From the NCBI GenBank assembly GCA_039680575.1, contig JBDKSP010000057.1, forward strand, positions 1-43,511: a DNA stretch of 43,511 nucleotides, written 5' to 3'. The notes beneath the pieces were generated by a model. It did no database searches and was not told the DNA's origin. It was given only the letters and a program-made list of their open reading frames with translations. The translations under genes were made by a program, and so were the position numbers. The DNA is from Armatimonadota bacterium (GTDB lineage: Bacteria > Armatimonadota > UBA5829 > DTLH01). Within the stretch, counting starts at the first letter, position 1, and each line of letters starts with the position of its first letter. Below are positions 1 through 9,762 of the stretch, in pieces.

Positions 1-77
1 AAAGAGTGCCGCTTCTGTCTGTCTAGTCTCGGATCATCGAGTTCATCAAAATATTCGTCGAAGATGTTCGGTTCCAT
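1..77 (-). CDS. ISAs1-family transposase, N-terminal part (runs off the window)
   Basis: Manual translation MEPNIFDEYFDELDDPRLDRQKRHS matches the ISAs1 N-terminal F..L.DPR...KRH motif; GAGG RBS upstream. Confidence 0.85.
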   Translation of the reverse strand, partial: MEPNIFDEYFDELDDPRLDRQKRHS

Positions 78-220
78 AGGTATACCTCAAGTATGCAATA
101 TACCTACTACTTCGACAACCCTTTCAAAAGTACCTAATTGTAATATATGTCACAAACTGTACTCGCAATTAATCCTTCGCATGCACTCTTAACGGAAATT
201 ATACATGTGCGTTTGCCCTG
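1..220 (-). mobile_element. Left end of ISAs1-family insertion sequence
   Basis: Terminus CAGGGCAAACGCAC at 220 (minus strand); 134-220 is the reverse complement of 4104-4190 with one mismatch. Confidence 0.85.
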
Positions 221-256
221 GGGCTAAAGGGGGATAGGGTTAGGAAGTGCAAATTA

Positions 257-321
257 TATGCTGCGGGAATGGCAGGTTTAGTATAATCTATCATATTTCT
301 ACTATTCAATTCCCGCAGCTT
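257..321. repeat. Small element of about 65 bp with terminal inverted repeats, copy 1
   Basis: GCTGCGGGAAT...ATTCCCGCAGC; inverted homologue at 15064-15132. Confidence 0.65.
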
Positions 322-341
322 ACGGTAGATTAGTGGTCATT

Positions 342-378
342 GTGCTTCGGGATGAAAAGCAATCCGAAGCAAGAGAAG
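342..378. repeat. REP-like palindrome TGCTTCGG...CCGAAGCA
   Basis: Same hairpin family as 32887-32967. Confidence 0.6.
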
Positions 379-467
379 AAATACCTGATTAATTAATCAA
401 CATCCATCAATCCCTACCGGATAGGCAAATGAGGCATCTGTGATGCCGAGTGAGGGTCAGTCCGGCA

Positions 468-1199
468 TTACTCTCCTACCGCACTCATCTCCGCAGCTAT
501 CTTTCTTGCAGCTTCGGCGGGATTTTCGGCGCGGGTGATAGGCCGTCCGATCACGAGATAGCTCGATCCGGTGCGGATGGCATCCGCCGGGGTCATTACG
601 CGCTTCTGATCGCCCACATCGGCTCCGGCGGGACGGACTCCGGGAGTTACAATCAGAAAATTCTGGCCGGTGACATCTCGTATATACTTCACTTCGTTCG
701 GGGACGCCACTACGCCGTCCAAACCTGCCGACTGGGCAAGCTGGGCAAGGTGCATGACCTGGTTTACAAGGGTCGATGCGACTCTCAGCTCGTCAGCAAG
801 GGTCATGTTGTCGATGCTGGTCAGGATCGTAACCCCGATCAGCTTGGGAGGGTCGATGCCGAGCTTTCCTGCTTCTTCTTTTGCGGCTTCAGCGGCTGCA
901 CTCATCATGGCGCGGCCTCCACTCGCATGCACGTTCAGCATCCAGACGTTGTTTCGGACGGCAGCTCGGACAGCGGAGGCCACCGTGTTCGGAATATCGT
1001 GGAATTTGGCATCGTAGAATATTTTCCCGGCCCCGGCAGCTTTAAGCTCATCGAAAATAGCCGGTCCGGTGACGTTGAAGAGTTCCAAACCGACTTTGAA
1101 CGCTCCGACCTCTCCCGCAAGGCTCTTTACAAGCTCAACTGCCTTCTCCGCACTGTCCACATCCAGCGCTGCGATGATTCTATCCTTGCTCAAACTCAT
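468..1199 (-). CDS. pyrF: Orotidine 5'-phosphate decarboxylase
   Basis: AALD, FKVGLE, DAKFHDIPNTV, TPGVRP, LVIGRPI motifs. Confidence 0.97.
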   Translation of the reverse strand: MSLSKDRIIAALDVDSAEKAVELVKSLAGEVGAFKVGLELFNVTGPAIFDELKAAGAGKIFYDAKFHDIPNTVASAVRAAVRNNVWMLNVHASGGRAMMSAAAEAAKEEAGKLGIDPPKLIGVTILTSIDNMTLADELRVASTLVNQVMHLAQLAQSAGLDGVVASPNEVKYIRDVTGQNFLIVTPGVRPAGADVGDQKRVMTPADAIRTGSSYLVIGRPITRAENPAEAARKIAAEMSAVGE

Positions 1200-1205
1200 T
1201 CTCCT

Positions 1206-2021
1206 TTATTTGACATCAACTACAGAACCAGGAAACTTCAGCCTTTCCTTGTTAGCTTCCCACCACGCCAGTGCCTCTTCGGCAGACCAGTTTTCCTTAT
1301 CCTTTCGAGCCTTCAATTCAGCTCGAGCCTTCAATTCAGCAGGGCTTAGTTTTGTAGCTAAGACTAAATCCGCCTCAGTAGACCTTTTCATGATCGCAAC
1401 CATTGGCAACAGCCGTTTATCTCCACCCTTTATCTTCTGAATGATCAATGGCAGTGCCTCTACCCCCTGATACCTGATCCGATCAAGTACATCCTTTTCT
1501 TTAGCTTTATCGCTCTCGTTTTCGGGGTTCTTTGGTAAACTCCCCAGCTCAGCATAAAGCGTGTTAAATGTCTCTGTGGTCTTCTTGCGACCTTCCTTCC
1601 ACCACTTTACATACATCTCAATTTCAGCTTGATGATCACCATACTTGCCCTCTGGCCATTCATCTTTAAGGAATTTCTTGCAAGTAATAAACCATACTAT
1701 TTCAAGATTGGCACCGCTAAACCGGTCGCTCCACTCAGGGTTGCTCAATTCCTTCTCGAACTTTTCGATCATGAAAGGAACGACGCTGGGACCCATTGCT
1801 ACTAACGCCTTTTCTTCAGGCAGGATTGCAGTGTAAGATAGAAATGGGTTTTCACTGATCCATTTTCTCCGTGCTAAAACCCAGGCTTCATACTTACTGT
1901 CGAACTCTGCCCGCAGGTCCTTTGTGCCAGAAGGGGTTTCAGACGCGCAGCAATTTACTACACTGAACGACAAGCAAACTACAAACAATACTGCTGTGAT
2001 TACAACCGTTTTTATGTGCAT
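1206..2021 (-). CDS. Hypothetical secreted protein with an internally duplicated helical (HEAT-like) unit
   Basis: ATG at 2021 with GGAGG RBS; hydrophobic signal peptide; LVAMGPSVVP..WWKEGRK / IRYQGVEALP..WWEANKE repeats; AT-richer than neighbours; 18-bp tandem duplication (AELKAR x2). Confidence 0.75.
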   Translation of the reverse strand: MHIKTVVITAVLFVVCLSFSVVNCCASETPSGTKDLRAEFDSKYEAWVLARRKWISENPFLSYTAILPEEKALVAMGPSVVPFMIEKFEKELSNPEWSDRFSGANLEIVWFITCKKFLKDEWPEGKYGDHQAEIEMYVKWWKEGRKKTTETFNTLYAELGSLPKNPENESDKAKEKDVLDRIRYQGVEALPLIIQKIKGGDKRLLPMVAIMKRSTEADLVLATKLSPAELKARAELKARKDKENWSAEEALAWWEANKERLKFPGSVVDVK

Positions 2022-2137
2022 TTCGGCCTCCTGGTCAAGGTGTAATTGTATATAAGAATTAGACTCCTTATCAATCTCTTCGGATGGGAACCAGCCCCCC
2101 ATCTTCTAAGTAGTCTCCGTTTCTAGTAGCAGCTATG

Positions 2138-2217
2138 GTAGAGTCCGGCTCTTGCAGAGCTCCCCGTGGTCCGGTGGGTCCACGGGGTAGATGGCCGGCA
2201 CGGAGACTGGCCACTAC
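2138..2217. repeat. GTAG-type REP-like palindrome cluster
   Basis: GTAG...CTAC-bounded hairpins CCCCGTGG/CCACGGGG and TGGCC..GGCCA CTAC. Confidence 0.55.
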
Positions 2218-2251
2218 GTCAAGCTGGCCTGCTATTAAGACAGGATGTTAC

Positions 2252-3160
2252 TTAGCTCCCAACTCCTCCTGTAAGCTCTCGCACGTCGTCGATTCCCATC
2301 TTCTCCATATAAGAAGCGATTCCGTCTACGACAGCGACGGTTGCGGCCGGGTTGACGAACGTTCCGGTCCCTACCGCTACCGCATCTGCTCCGGCGAGTA
2401 AAAACTCCACGGCATCGAGCGCATTTACAATCCCGCCCATGCCGATGATCGGGACATCCACAGCCTGCGCGACCTGCCAGACCATCCTGAGCGCGACAGG
2501 CTTCACTGCCGGACCGGAAAGCCCTCCGGTGATGTTCGCGAGCTTGAATTTGCGTTTCCACGGGTCGATAGCCGTCCCAAGAAGGGTGTTTATGAGCGAA
2601 AGCGCGTCCGTCCCGGCGTCTACCGCAGCTTTCGCCATCTCTACGACATCCGTCACGTTCGGAGAAAGCTTCGTGATGACCGTAAGCGAAGTCGCCGCCC
2701 TAACTGCGCTCACCACCTCAGCAGTCCCGCGTGTTGTCGTCCCGAAGGCCATACACCCCTCTTTAACGTTTGGGCAGGAGATGTTTATCTCTATCCCTGA
2801 AACACCTTCAGCCGCATCGAGCCTTCGCGCGACCTCGGCATAGTCCTCCACGTTCTGTCCGACCACATTCACGATGACCGGAGTGTCGAAATTCCTCGAA
2901 AACGGGAGCTTTTTCTCTATAAAATCATCCACGCCGTCATTCTGCAGGCCGATTGCGTTCAGCATCCCGGCAGGAGTCTCGGCTGTGCGAGGGTAAGGGT
3001 TGCCCTTCCAGGGTTTCAGCGCTGTTCCTTTGACGACTATCGCCCCCAGTTTGTTCAAATCCACCAGGTCGGACAGTTCCTGACCGGAACCGAACGTGCC
3101 TGAAGCCGTCATCACGGGGTTTTTCATCCTGATCTTGCCGATCTCGACTGAAAGGTTCAT
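2252..3160 (-). CDS. pyrD: Dihydroorotate dehydrogenase B, catalytic subunit
   Basis: [38 protein letters not shown] overlap with pyrK. Confidence 0.97.
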   Translation of the reverse strand: MNLSVEIGKIRMKNPVMTASGTFGSGQELSDLVDLNKLGAIVVKGTALKPWKGNPYPRTAETPAGMLNAIGLQNDGVDDFIEKKLPFSRNFDTPVIVNVVGQNVEDYAEVARRLDAAEGVSGIEINISCPNVKEGCMAFGTTTRGTAEVVSAVRAATSLTVITKLSPNVTDVVEMAKAAVDAGTDALSLINTLLGTAIDPWKRKFKLANITGGLSGPAVKPVALRMVWQVAQAVDVPIIGMGGIVNALDAVEFLLAGADAVAVGTGTFVNPAATVAVVDGIASYMEKMGIDDVRELTGGVGS

Positions 3161-3999
3161 TCCCACACAAGCTCCTTTGCATCAAAAACCGGTCCGTCCG
3201 TGCAGACCCGGCTGTAGCGCCAGTCCTCGCACGATTCTTCGTGGTGGTCGCAGGCCTTCGTGACGCAGCCCATGCAGACGCCGAGCCCGCAGGCCATCGC
3301 GCTTTCGAGCGACACCTGGCAGCTATCGACATTGCGCTCCCGGCAGACTCTCGCGACTTCGCGCATCATCGGCATCGGCCCGCAGGAGTAGACCCTGGTG
3401 TTAATTCCGAGGCTCAAGGTCGATTTAAGACAGTTGTCCAGTAGTTCCGTCACAAGCCCGTTGAACCCGAACGAGCCGTCATCCGTTGCGACTTCTACAT
3501 TGACCCCGTGCGCGACGAACTCGGCCTGGCAGAGAAGCGCCGTGCCGGTCTTTGCGCCGACAAGGACTGTCACCCTGTCGCATCCGTGCTTATGGCACAG
3601 TGCGTCCGACAGAAAATGGATTGGAGCAGTGCCGCACCCGCCCGCGACGAGCATGTGGTGAACATTAGGGTCATCTCCGAGGTCGAACGAGCTTCCGAGC
3701 GGGCCGACGACGCTCACCTTGTCGCCGACGTGCATATCTCTTAAAATTTTTGTCCCCCGCCCGACCACGTCGTAGAGGAGTGAAAATGTGCCCTTTTCAG
3801 GGTCGACCGCGTGGACGGAAAATGGACGCCTTAGGAGCGGGTCGTAGCAATCGCACACCCGGACATTCACGAACTGGCCGGGTTTCGCGGCTTTCGCAAT
3901 GGTCGGCTCGACCAGCACGCTCCTGAAGATATGCGGAGCGACTTCAATTTGCCCTATTATCTCGCAATCGGCGACGATTCTGTTTTTATCGTTACTCAT
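3157..3999 (-). CDS. pyrK: Dihydroorotate dehydrogenase electron transfer subunit
   Basis: [28 protein letters not shown]...VCTDGPVF. Confidence 0.95.
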   Translation of the reverse strand: MSNDKNRIVADCEIIGQIEVAPHIFRSVLVEPTIAKAAKPGQFVNVRVCDCYDPLLRRPFSVHAVDPEKGTFSLLYDVVGRGTKILRDMHVGDKVSVVGPLGSSFDLGDDPNVHHMLVAGGCGTAPIHFLSDALCHKHGCDRVTVLVGAKTGTALLCQAEFVAHGVNVEVATDDGSFGFNGLVTELLDNCLKSTLSLGINTRVYSCGPMPMMREVARVCRERNVDSCQVSLESAMACGLGVCMGCVTKACDHHEESCEDWRYSRVCTDGPVFDAKELVWE

Positions 4000-4058
4000 A
4001 TTACCTCGCGTTTTTTAGCATCCCGAAACAGCCAGAAAATGCTCAAGCGCTACGCTAC

Positions 4059-4087
4059 AGTTTACCCGCCAGCGCACGGCTGGTCAA
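4059..4087 (-). promoter_or_regulatory. Sigma70-type promoter of the pyr operon
   Basis: TTGACC-N17-TAAACT. Confidence 0.6.
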
Positions 4088-4103
4088 CAGTAAGAGTTCA
4101 CTC

Positions 4104-4420
4104 CAGGGCAAACGCACAAGTATAATTTCCGTTAAGAGTGCATGCGAAGGATTAATTGCGAGTACAGTTTGTGACATATATTACAATTAGTGGAGAACAA
4201 ACTACACTGGGTGATGGATGTGGACTTTGGGGAGGATGCTTGCAGGGTAAGAAGAGATCATGCGCCAGAGAACTTCGCCCTAATCAGGCAGATTGCACAC
4301 AACTTGCTAAAACTAAAGCAAACAACAGACAACAGAAGCGTAAGACGCAAGATTAACCTGTGCTGCTGGGACAACGACTTCCTGGCTTCCGTAGTTGCTG
4401 GATTTTAGTGCGTTTGCCTG
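4104..4420 (+). mobile_element. Internally deleted ISAs1 derivative (317 bp)
   Basis: 87-bp left end joined directly to the transposase C-terminus (VENKLHWVMDVDFGED...NLL, 4190-4408) and right inverted repeat GTGCGTTTGCCTG. Confidence 0.88.
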
Positions 4421-4435
4421 AAATCCCGTACAAGT

Positions 4436-4470
4436 GAAAAGGCTGCGGGTAAAAGCGCTCGCAGCCCTTG
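4436..4470 (-). terminator. Probable intrinsic terminator of the hdr-flx operon
   Basis: GGCTGCGAG...CCCGCAGCC hairpin followed by TTTT on the minus strand. Confidence 0.55.
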
Positions 4471-4496
4471 TAAATCATAATCTGCGTCCGAAATCT

Positions 4497-5354
4497 TTAG
4501 AACTCCGGCGGAAGCTCCTGTATCTGAGCGAATGAGAACACCGGACCATCGATACACACGTACTTTTTGCCGATATTGCATCGTCCGCACTTGCCGACTC
4601 CGCATTTCATCTTCATCTCAAGCGTTGTGTATATCTGCTCGTCCTTAAAACCGAGTTCCTTCAGGTTTGCGAGCGCAAACTTGATCATGATGGGTGGTCC
4701 GCAGGTGACTGCTATCGTGTTCTCCGGCTTGGGAGCAAGCTCCATCAGGCAGCCCGGAACGTGTCCGACTCTACCCTTCCAACTGTCATCACCGGTGTCG
4801 ACCGTTAGGTGAAGAGCGGCGTTCTTCTTCCACTCGTCGAACTCATACGTAAAGCAGAGGTCGCCCGGCGTACGCGCGCCGTAGATGGTCGATATTTCGC
4901 CGTAATCTGCACGGTTGTCCAGGCAATAGTTCAGGATAGACCTCATAGGAGCCATCCCGATTCCTCCGCCGATGAATATCAGGTTCTTCCCCTTCCACTC
5001 GTTATAGGGGAACCAGTTGCCGAACGGTGCGCGGATGCCTACTTTTTCGCCTTCGGAAAGCTCATGGAGTGCTTTTGTGACGCCTCCGACCTTCTTGACC
5101 GAAAACTCGATGTAGCCCTTCTTTGAAGGGCTCGATGTAAGGCAGAACGTGCACTCGCCGACCCCGAAAACGCTCACTTCCTGGAACTGACCGGGTTGAT
5201 AGGCGAAGTTCTCACGGAGATTTTCGTCTACGAACACCGCTCGAAACGTCTTAGTATCCCATGTCTCAGTGATTATCTTCTCGACCACAGCCAGGTTCGG
5301 CATGTAGGGGTTCTGCATCCGCTCTTTGGTTATCTCGTTTATATCTGTGCTCAT
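4497..5354 (-). CDS. flxA: FAD/NAD-binding oxidoreductase, FlxA (AsrB/HydG-like)
   Basis: PGQF, GGGIGMAP, CGPPIM, MKCGVGKCGRC...CIDGPVF; hdr context. Confidence 0.85.
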   Translation of the reverse strand: MSTDINEITKERMQNPYMPNLAVVEKIITETWDTKTFRAVFVDENLRENFAYQPGQFQEVSVFGVGECTFCLTSSPSKKGYIEFSVKKVGGVTKALHELSEGEKVGIRAPFGNWFPYNEWKGKNLIFIGGGIGMAPMRSILNYCLDNRADYGEISTIYGARTPGDLCFTYEFDEWKKNAALHLTVDTGDDSWKGRVGHVPGCLMELAPKPENTIAVTCGPPIMIKFALANLKELGFKDEQIYTTLEMKMKCGVGKCGRCNIGKKYVCIDGPVFSFAQIQELPPEF

Positions 5355-6373
5355 AATTTTTGCTCTGTTATCTTCGAGAGTACCTCTCTAAGATCAATAT
5401 TGACCGGGCAGCTTTCGACACAGCGTCCGCAGCCTGTGCAGCCGATCATGTTGAACTGCTCCATCTGATATTTGAACTTATGCATAACCCGCTGGCGGGT
5501 GCGCATCGTCTTTTCGGGACGAGGGTTGTGTCCCGCGCCCATACGCGTAAAATCGGAGAACTGGCAGGTATCCCGGCAGCGGTAGCGCTCTATCGTGTTG
5601 CCCACTGTGTCGTCCTGTATGTCAAAACAAGTGCAGGACGGGCACTGATAGCTGCAGGCGCCGCATCCGAGGCATCTGTCGGCCATATCCTTCCAGATCG
5701 GGTCATCCCACGAGACACTCTGGGATATATCCTTGCCCGCAAACGGCTGCTTGGGCAGTGCGAGCAGGTTTTCCCATACCTGGGTCTTCTTTTTCACGTC
5801 TTCCTCGGTCGGTTCCTTGAACGCCGGTGATGAGAGAAGTTTTGCGCTCTTTTCAGTGACCGGTGCGACATAGACCTTATCGCCAAGGTCGGTGATAAGC
5901 GCGTCTACTGTTTTGGCCCACTCGTTCAGGTCTCCGACGGAGGTGCAGAAGCAGCTCCACCTGGGGTCGTCGCAGACGGTAGCCATCAGCGTGAGGTTTT
6001 CCCTCCGCGCGGCATAATACGGGTCGCGGAACCGGCCTTCGAGGTATACGGAATCGAGGACGGAGATCGCCCGCGCGTCGCAGAGCCGGAGGCCGATCAT
6101 AAGCTTCGGCTTTGTGCTCATCTCGGGAGCCTCGAGTATCTGCTCGCCCTTTTTGCCCTTGTAGCGGAAGAGGACATCATGCACCGGCAGGAGATACTCC
6201 TTTGCAGCCATGAGTAGACCGTTTGTGCCGATCTCGATTTCCTCTTTGCCGTCGATGTCCTTCCATGCGGCAGGTCCGGCTCCGCGGTCGACCGGCGCGA
6301 TAACATCATGATCGGCCATAAGGCTCACAAGCCACTGTCGAAGGTCGTTTTTACTTATAACTTTATCTGGCAT
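5351..6373 (-). CDS. flxB: 4Fe-4S dicluster protein, FlxB (AsrA/HydB-like)
   Basis: CLGCGACSYQCPSCTC, RQRVMHKF, CTGCGRCVESCP. Confidence 0.85.
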   Translation of the reverse strand: MPDKVISKNDLRQWLVSLMADHDVIAPVDRGAGPAAWKDIDGKEEIEIGTNGLLMAAKEYLLPVHDVLFRYKGKKGEQILEAPEMSTKPKLMIGLRLCDARAISVLDSVYLEGRFRDPYYAARRENLTLMATVCDDPRWSCFCTSVGDLNEWAKTVDALITDLGDKVYVAPVTEKSAKLLSSPAFKEPTEEDVKKKTQVWENLLALPKQPFAGKDISQSVSWDDPIWKDMADRCLGCGACSYQCPSCTCFDIQDDTVGNTIERYRCRDTCQFSDFTRMGAGHNPRPEKTMRTRQRVMHKFKYQMEQFNMIGCTGCGRCVESCPVNIDLREVLSKITEQKL

Positions 6374-6396
6374 TTTATTCTGCTCTCGTAATTAAA

Positions 6397-7344
6397 CTAA
6401 TGATGCCCGTTCGGGTCTACGTCTTCCGGTTCCCAGTGGCCAAGGACTGGGTCTGCCTCCGGGTCCATTCCCGGCGTGTAATCATACATCTCTTGAACGT
6501 GGAGCGCCACTTCCCGGTTCAGCTTCATAATCGGAAGCTCCATCGGGCAGGCTCTTTCGCACTCGCCGCAGCCTATGCAGCGACCTGCAAGGTGCATCGC
6601 ACGCCCCATGTGGAACATCCATGCTTCGGAGGCGTCCGCCTTCTTGCTCGTCCACTTGGTATCCGGCCGGTCAGCAAAGCACTTGTTGCAGTAGCAGGCC
6701 GGGCATACCTGGCGGCAGGCATAACACCGGATGCAGCGCTCGAACTGCTTCGCCCAGAAGGCCCTTTTTTCTTCGAAAGACCCTTCCATCGGCTCGACAG
6801 GAGCCGCGTTCACCTCAGGCGCATCCCCAAATGCCACGTCACTCATTACCGGCGCGTGGACCGTACATGTTTTGCAGCCCTCGCGCACCGCATCGGTAAT
6901 AGGCAGCTTCGCTTTACCTGCCGGTGTGCCGATCAAGATGCTCTCGCCGTCCCAGTCGAGCCCGTGGACATCCTGAAGCCGGATTTTCGCGGCCTTGAGC
7001 GACGCATCGTCCACTATCCCTGAGCATGTCACACCGATGATCTTCACGTTTTCACGCGGCACCTGCTTCTCCTGGATGAGAGTGACGATAGACCGGCTGT
7101 CGCAAGGCTTGGCGACGACCGCGACCTTAGCACGCTTCGCAACCTGCGGCAGATAAACCGCCAGGTTGTTCGTACAGGCCGGGTTCCACACCAGGCGGTC
7201 GACTTCATCCGCGCTTCTTACGAATGCGGGAGTGGTCTTGAACGGCATGCTGCCTGCTTTCCAACCGATGACAAGCGTCACCTCGCCCGATTCGAGCAGC
7301 CTCTTTGCTTCTTCACGTATCTTTTGTTCTATTTCGTTTGCCAT
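6397..7344 (-). CDS. flxC: 4Fe-4S protein, FlxC
   Basis: KPCDSRS, CIRCYACRQVCPACYC, HLAGRCIGCGECERACP. Confidence 0.85.
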   Translation of the reverse strand: MANEIEQKIREEAKRLLESGEVTLVIGWKAGSMPFKTTPAFVRSADEVDRLVWNPACTNNLAVYLPQVAKRAKVAVVAKPCDSRSIVTLIQEKQVPRENVKIIGVTCSGIVDDASLKAAKIRLQDVHGLDWDGESILIGTPAGKAKLPITDAVREGCKTCTVHAPVMSDVAFGDAPEVNAAPVEPMEGSFEEKRAFWAKQFERCIRCYACRQVCPACYCNKCFADRPDTKWTSKKADASEAWMFHMGRAMHLAGRCIGCGECERACPMELPIMKLNREVALHVQEMYDYTPGMDPEADPVLGHWEPEDVDPNGHH

Positions 7345-7348
7345 TTTT

Positions 7349-7380
7349 AGCTGTCAGCTTTCAGCGGTCAGTTTTCAGCC
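7349..7380. repeat. Heptamer tandem repeat (AGCTNTC-like)
   Basis: agctgtc agctttc agcggtc agttttc; same family at 11781-11800 and 33203-33232. Confidence 0.75.
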
Positions 7381-7424
7381 GCTTTATCCCTGTTATAATT
7401 AAATTGCGTCAAGTCGGCTATATC

Positions 7425-9140
7425 TTATTCCAGCCCGATCAGGTCCTTTTTGAAATGGTCGCGCGTTATGTCCATCGAGTTCCATTCTTCAAAGCGGGTC
7501 AACCCGTAGCCTTTGCACTTCGCAGCGAACGCATCGAGTTCGTTTAACGCTTTCTCTTTGTCAGTGAACTCCTTACGCATTATAGGCTGCATCAGCTTGA
7601 CGTACTCGATAGACAAATAAGCCTTGTTTATTCGCTCAAGAACATCCTGAGATTCTGCGGCTTCTTTTGCCTTTGCAAACAGCTCGTCAGCCTTTGCGAT
7701 TATCTCAGAAGTCAGAAAACTCGCCGTCGGCTCGTCCCAGATGCTCAGATGGATATTATCCTTCGTGACTTTATCCACAAGGAGCTCGATATATTCTCTT
7801 ATATACTTGCCGCCCGCGCCGTAGTAACCGTTCAGAAAATCATTGACCACCGCATCTGCGTCAGCGTCCGGGTTCCACGAGAGTTTTGCCAGAAGATAAG
7901 ACTTCAGCTCGGCAAACTCACCTCCGCCGCCTTCGGGATAACTGCCCTGCCAGAAAACTCCCACGACACCGCACTTCTTATAGAGCTTCGCGGAATCAGG
8001 CAGCTGCCTGTAGTCCGGGAACGGAAGCAAATAATGCTTGAAACTCGTGTTATAGTGCCAGATATAAAGGTTGTCTGTGATTTTGGCCCATTCTTTAAGA
8101 TTGGAAACAAAATCGATATTTTCCTGCTTGTCGCAGGACCCGTAAGGGTGCGCTTCACAGCACTTTATCGGACAAAGCCTTACCCGGACGTTGTGCCTCG
8201 GCTTTGTGATCTTCGGCGGCTTTTCCGTCCACTCGTAAGCCAGCGTGTCGATCAGCTTGTCAGGATAGACCTTCTCAACCTCTTCAGCTATCGCATTGCA
8301 GAACCGCAGCAAAAGCCCCGACGGGCTGCCCTCTTCTTCGTCGATTGCCCGGCAGTTATCGCACTGGCAGTTGCGGTGCCAGTCGTTTTGAGAGACCGAA
8401 TAGATTTTAGCTTCGGGATGCTCCCTTATCCATTCCATCACGGTCGCAGTCGCAATCTTCAGGACATCCGGGTTGGACATACAGAGCTGGGTATTTTCCC
8501 TGACCCGCTCGCCTTTGACCATCGAGAAATACTCAGGATGCGTATCCCAGTATTTATCGAGCGGGACCAGCTTGTCGAACGAGTGAACGAACGGGTAGTA
8601 AACCAACTTGCCGCCGGTCTCTTCGTCCAGCTTCATAGTGGCTCCGTTTGCCCGGTTCCTCGCTGCCCAGTCCTTGTCCCACGCCTCCGTATAGAACGGC
8701 TCGCGGTACTCGAAGGCGGGTTTTTCCGTTATATTCAGGTTATCAATGTCGATGGTGGGCTTACTGGGTATTTTGCTCACTTTGGAGCTGTACCACCTGC
8801 AGCCGAGAACGTCTTCCAGAAACCCGTAGACCCCGTACATCGTTCCGCGCAGCTTTCCACCGGCTATAACGAGCCTGCTGCCGGCCGTCATTATGGTGTA
8901 GCCTTCTTCACCCAGCTCATTAAAGTCGATGTTCAATCCGAGCGACTTCAACGCTTCGGAGTTTCCGATGAGCACCGCGTTCTCCGGCGGGTTCGTGCTG
9001 TCCGAAACATACGATATAGCCGCACCGGACATCTCCTCTATGAACCGCTGGAATTCGGCTGCCGCGCGATGCTCGGATGGAGACGCATCTTTCGCAATTA
9101 TGACGACGTAGTCGCTTTTTCCGTCTTTGACTAACTGCAC
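7425..9140 (-). CDS. DUF4838-like protein with GH67/GH20-type N-terminal domain
   Basis: RGTMYGVYGFLEDVLGCRWY, PAFEYRE, HPEYF, QLCMSNPDV, CQCDNC; GTG at 9140 with GAGG (ORF is open to 9182). Confidence 0.85.
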   Translation of the reverse strand: MQLVKDGKSDYVVIIAKDASPSEHRAAAEFQRFIEEMSGAAISYVSDSTNPPENAVLIGNSEALKSLGLNIDFNELGEEGYTIMTAGSRLVIAGGKLRGTMYGVYGFLEDVLGCRWYSSKVSKIPSKPTIDIDNLNITEKPAFEYREPFYTEAWDKDWAARNRANGATMKLDEETGGKLVYYPFVHSFDKLVPLDKYWDTHPEYFSMVKGERVRENTQLCMSNPDVLKIATATVMEWIREHPEAKIYSVSQNDWHRNCQCDNCRAIDEEEGSPSGLLLRFCNAIAEEVEKVYPDKLIDTLAYEWTEKPPKITKPRHNVRVRLCPIKCCEAHPYGSCDKQENIDFVSNLKEWAKITDNLYIWHYNTSFKHYLLPFPDYRQLPDSAKLYKKCGVVGVFWQGSYPEGGGGEFAELKSYLLAKLSWNPDADADAVVNDFLNGYYGAGGKYIREYIELLVDKVTKDNIHLSIWDEPTASFLTSEIIAKADELFAKAKEAAESQDVLERINKAYLSIEYVKLMQPIMRKEFTDKEKALNELDAFAAKCKGYGLTRFEEWNSMDITRDHFKKDLIGLE

Positions 9141-9156
9141 ACCTGATACCTCATAT

Positions 9157-9630
9157 TTACGGTCTGGATTCCACAGGCACATGCGAGCAGTCCACGCCGG
9201 TGAACGGCCCTATTTTCTTGATATTGTCGCTCATCTCTCGGACGACTTCCGCGAACCGTATACCCTCGGATGCGGAGACCCACTCGAAATGGAACCGCTC
9301 CGGCTCTATTCCTACGCTCTGGAGAAGCTCCTTTATGAGCATAATCCGCCGTCTCGCGAAATAGTTTCCCTTGGCGTAGTGGCAGTCGCCGGGGTGACAC
9401 CCAAGCACCACTACTCCGTCGAACCCCTTCTGGAACCCTTTAAGGATAAAGAGCGGATTGACGCGCCCGGAACACGGGACGCGGATAATCCTGAGGTTCG
9501 CCGGATGCTTCAGCCTGGAGCTTCCTGCAAGGTCTGCTCCGGCATAGCTGCACCAGTTGCACAGGATGCCTAGAATCACCGGCTCCCAGTCTTTTTCTGT
9601 CTTCTGTTGTTCTATAATCTCTTCGTCCAT
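9157..9630 (-). CDS. flxD: MvhD/FlxD [2Fe-2S] subunit
   Basis: CNWCSYAGADLAG, RVPCSGRV, GCHPGDCHY, WVSASEG. Confidence 0.93.
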   Translation of the reverse strand: MDEEIIEQQKTEKDWEPVILGILCNWCSYAGADLAGSSRLKHPANLRIIRVPCSGRVNPLFILKGFQKGFDGVVVLGCHPGDCHYAKGNYFARRRIMLIKELLQSVGIEPERFHFEWVSASEGIRFAEVVREMSDNIKKIGPFTGVDCSHVPVESRP

Positions 9631-9643
9631 AACTCTTTTTTCT

Positions 9644-9762
9644 ATCACGAAAGCACGAAAATACAAAAACACGAAAACAGAAGCGTGAAATCTGTGTTCA
9701 CCGCTTTATAAGTACCCTTTATAATGCTCTTTCGTGCTTTCTCCCTTTCGTGTTTTCGTGAT
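9644..9762. repeat. Inverted CACGAAA-repeat element between hdrA and flxD
   Basis: ATCACGAAAGCACGAAA...TTTCGTGTTTTCGTGAT, three CACGAAA units per arm. Confidence 0.75.

Noticed and set aside
450..1349. 299-aa plus-strand ORF
   Set aside because: Antisense shadow of pyrF with no recognisable motifs
4000..4058. PyrR attenuator in the pyr leader
   Set aside because: Leader is short, with no recognisable PyrR binding loop or terminator
221..4103. Composite transposon carrying pyr genes
   Set aside because: No matching target duplication visible, one copy is defective, the far end of the other is outside the window, and the cargo is housekeeping
4497..6373. Anaerobic sulfite reductase asrAB or sulfhydrogenase
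   Set aside because: No asrC or NiFe large subunit; adjacency to hdrABC and mvhD fits Flx
7749..9134. 461-aa plus-strand ORF
   Set aside because: Antisense shadow of the DUF4838-like gene
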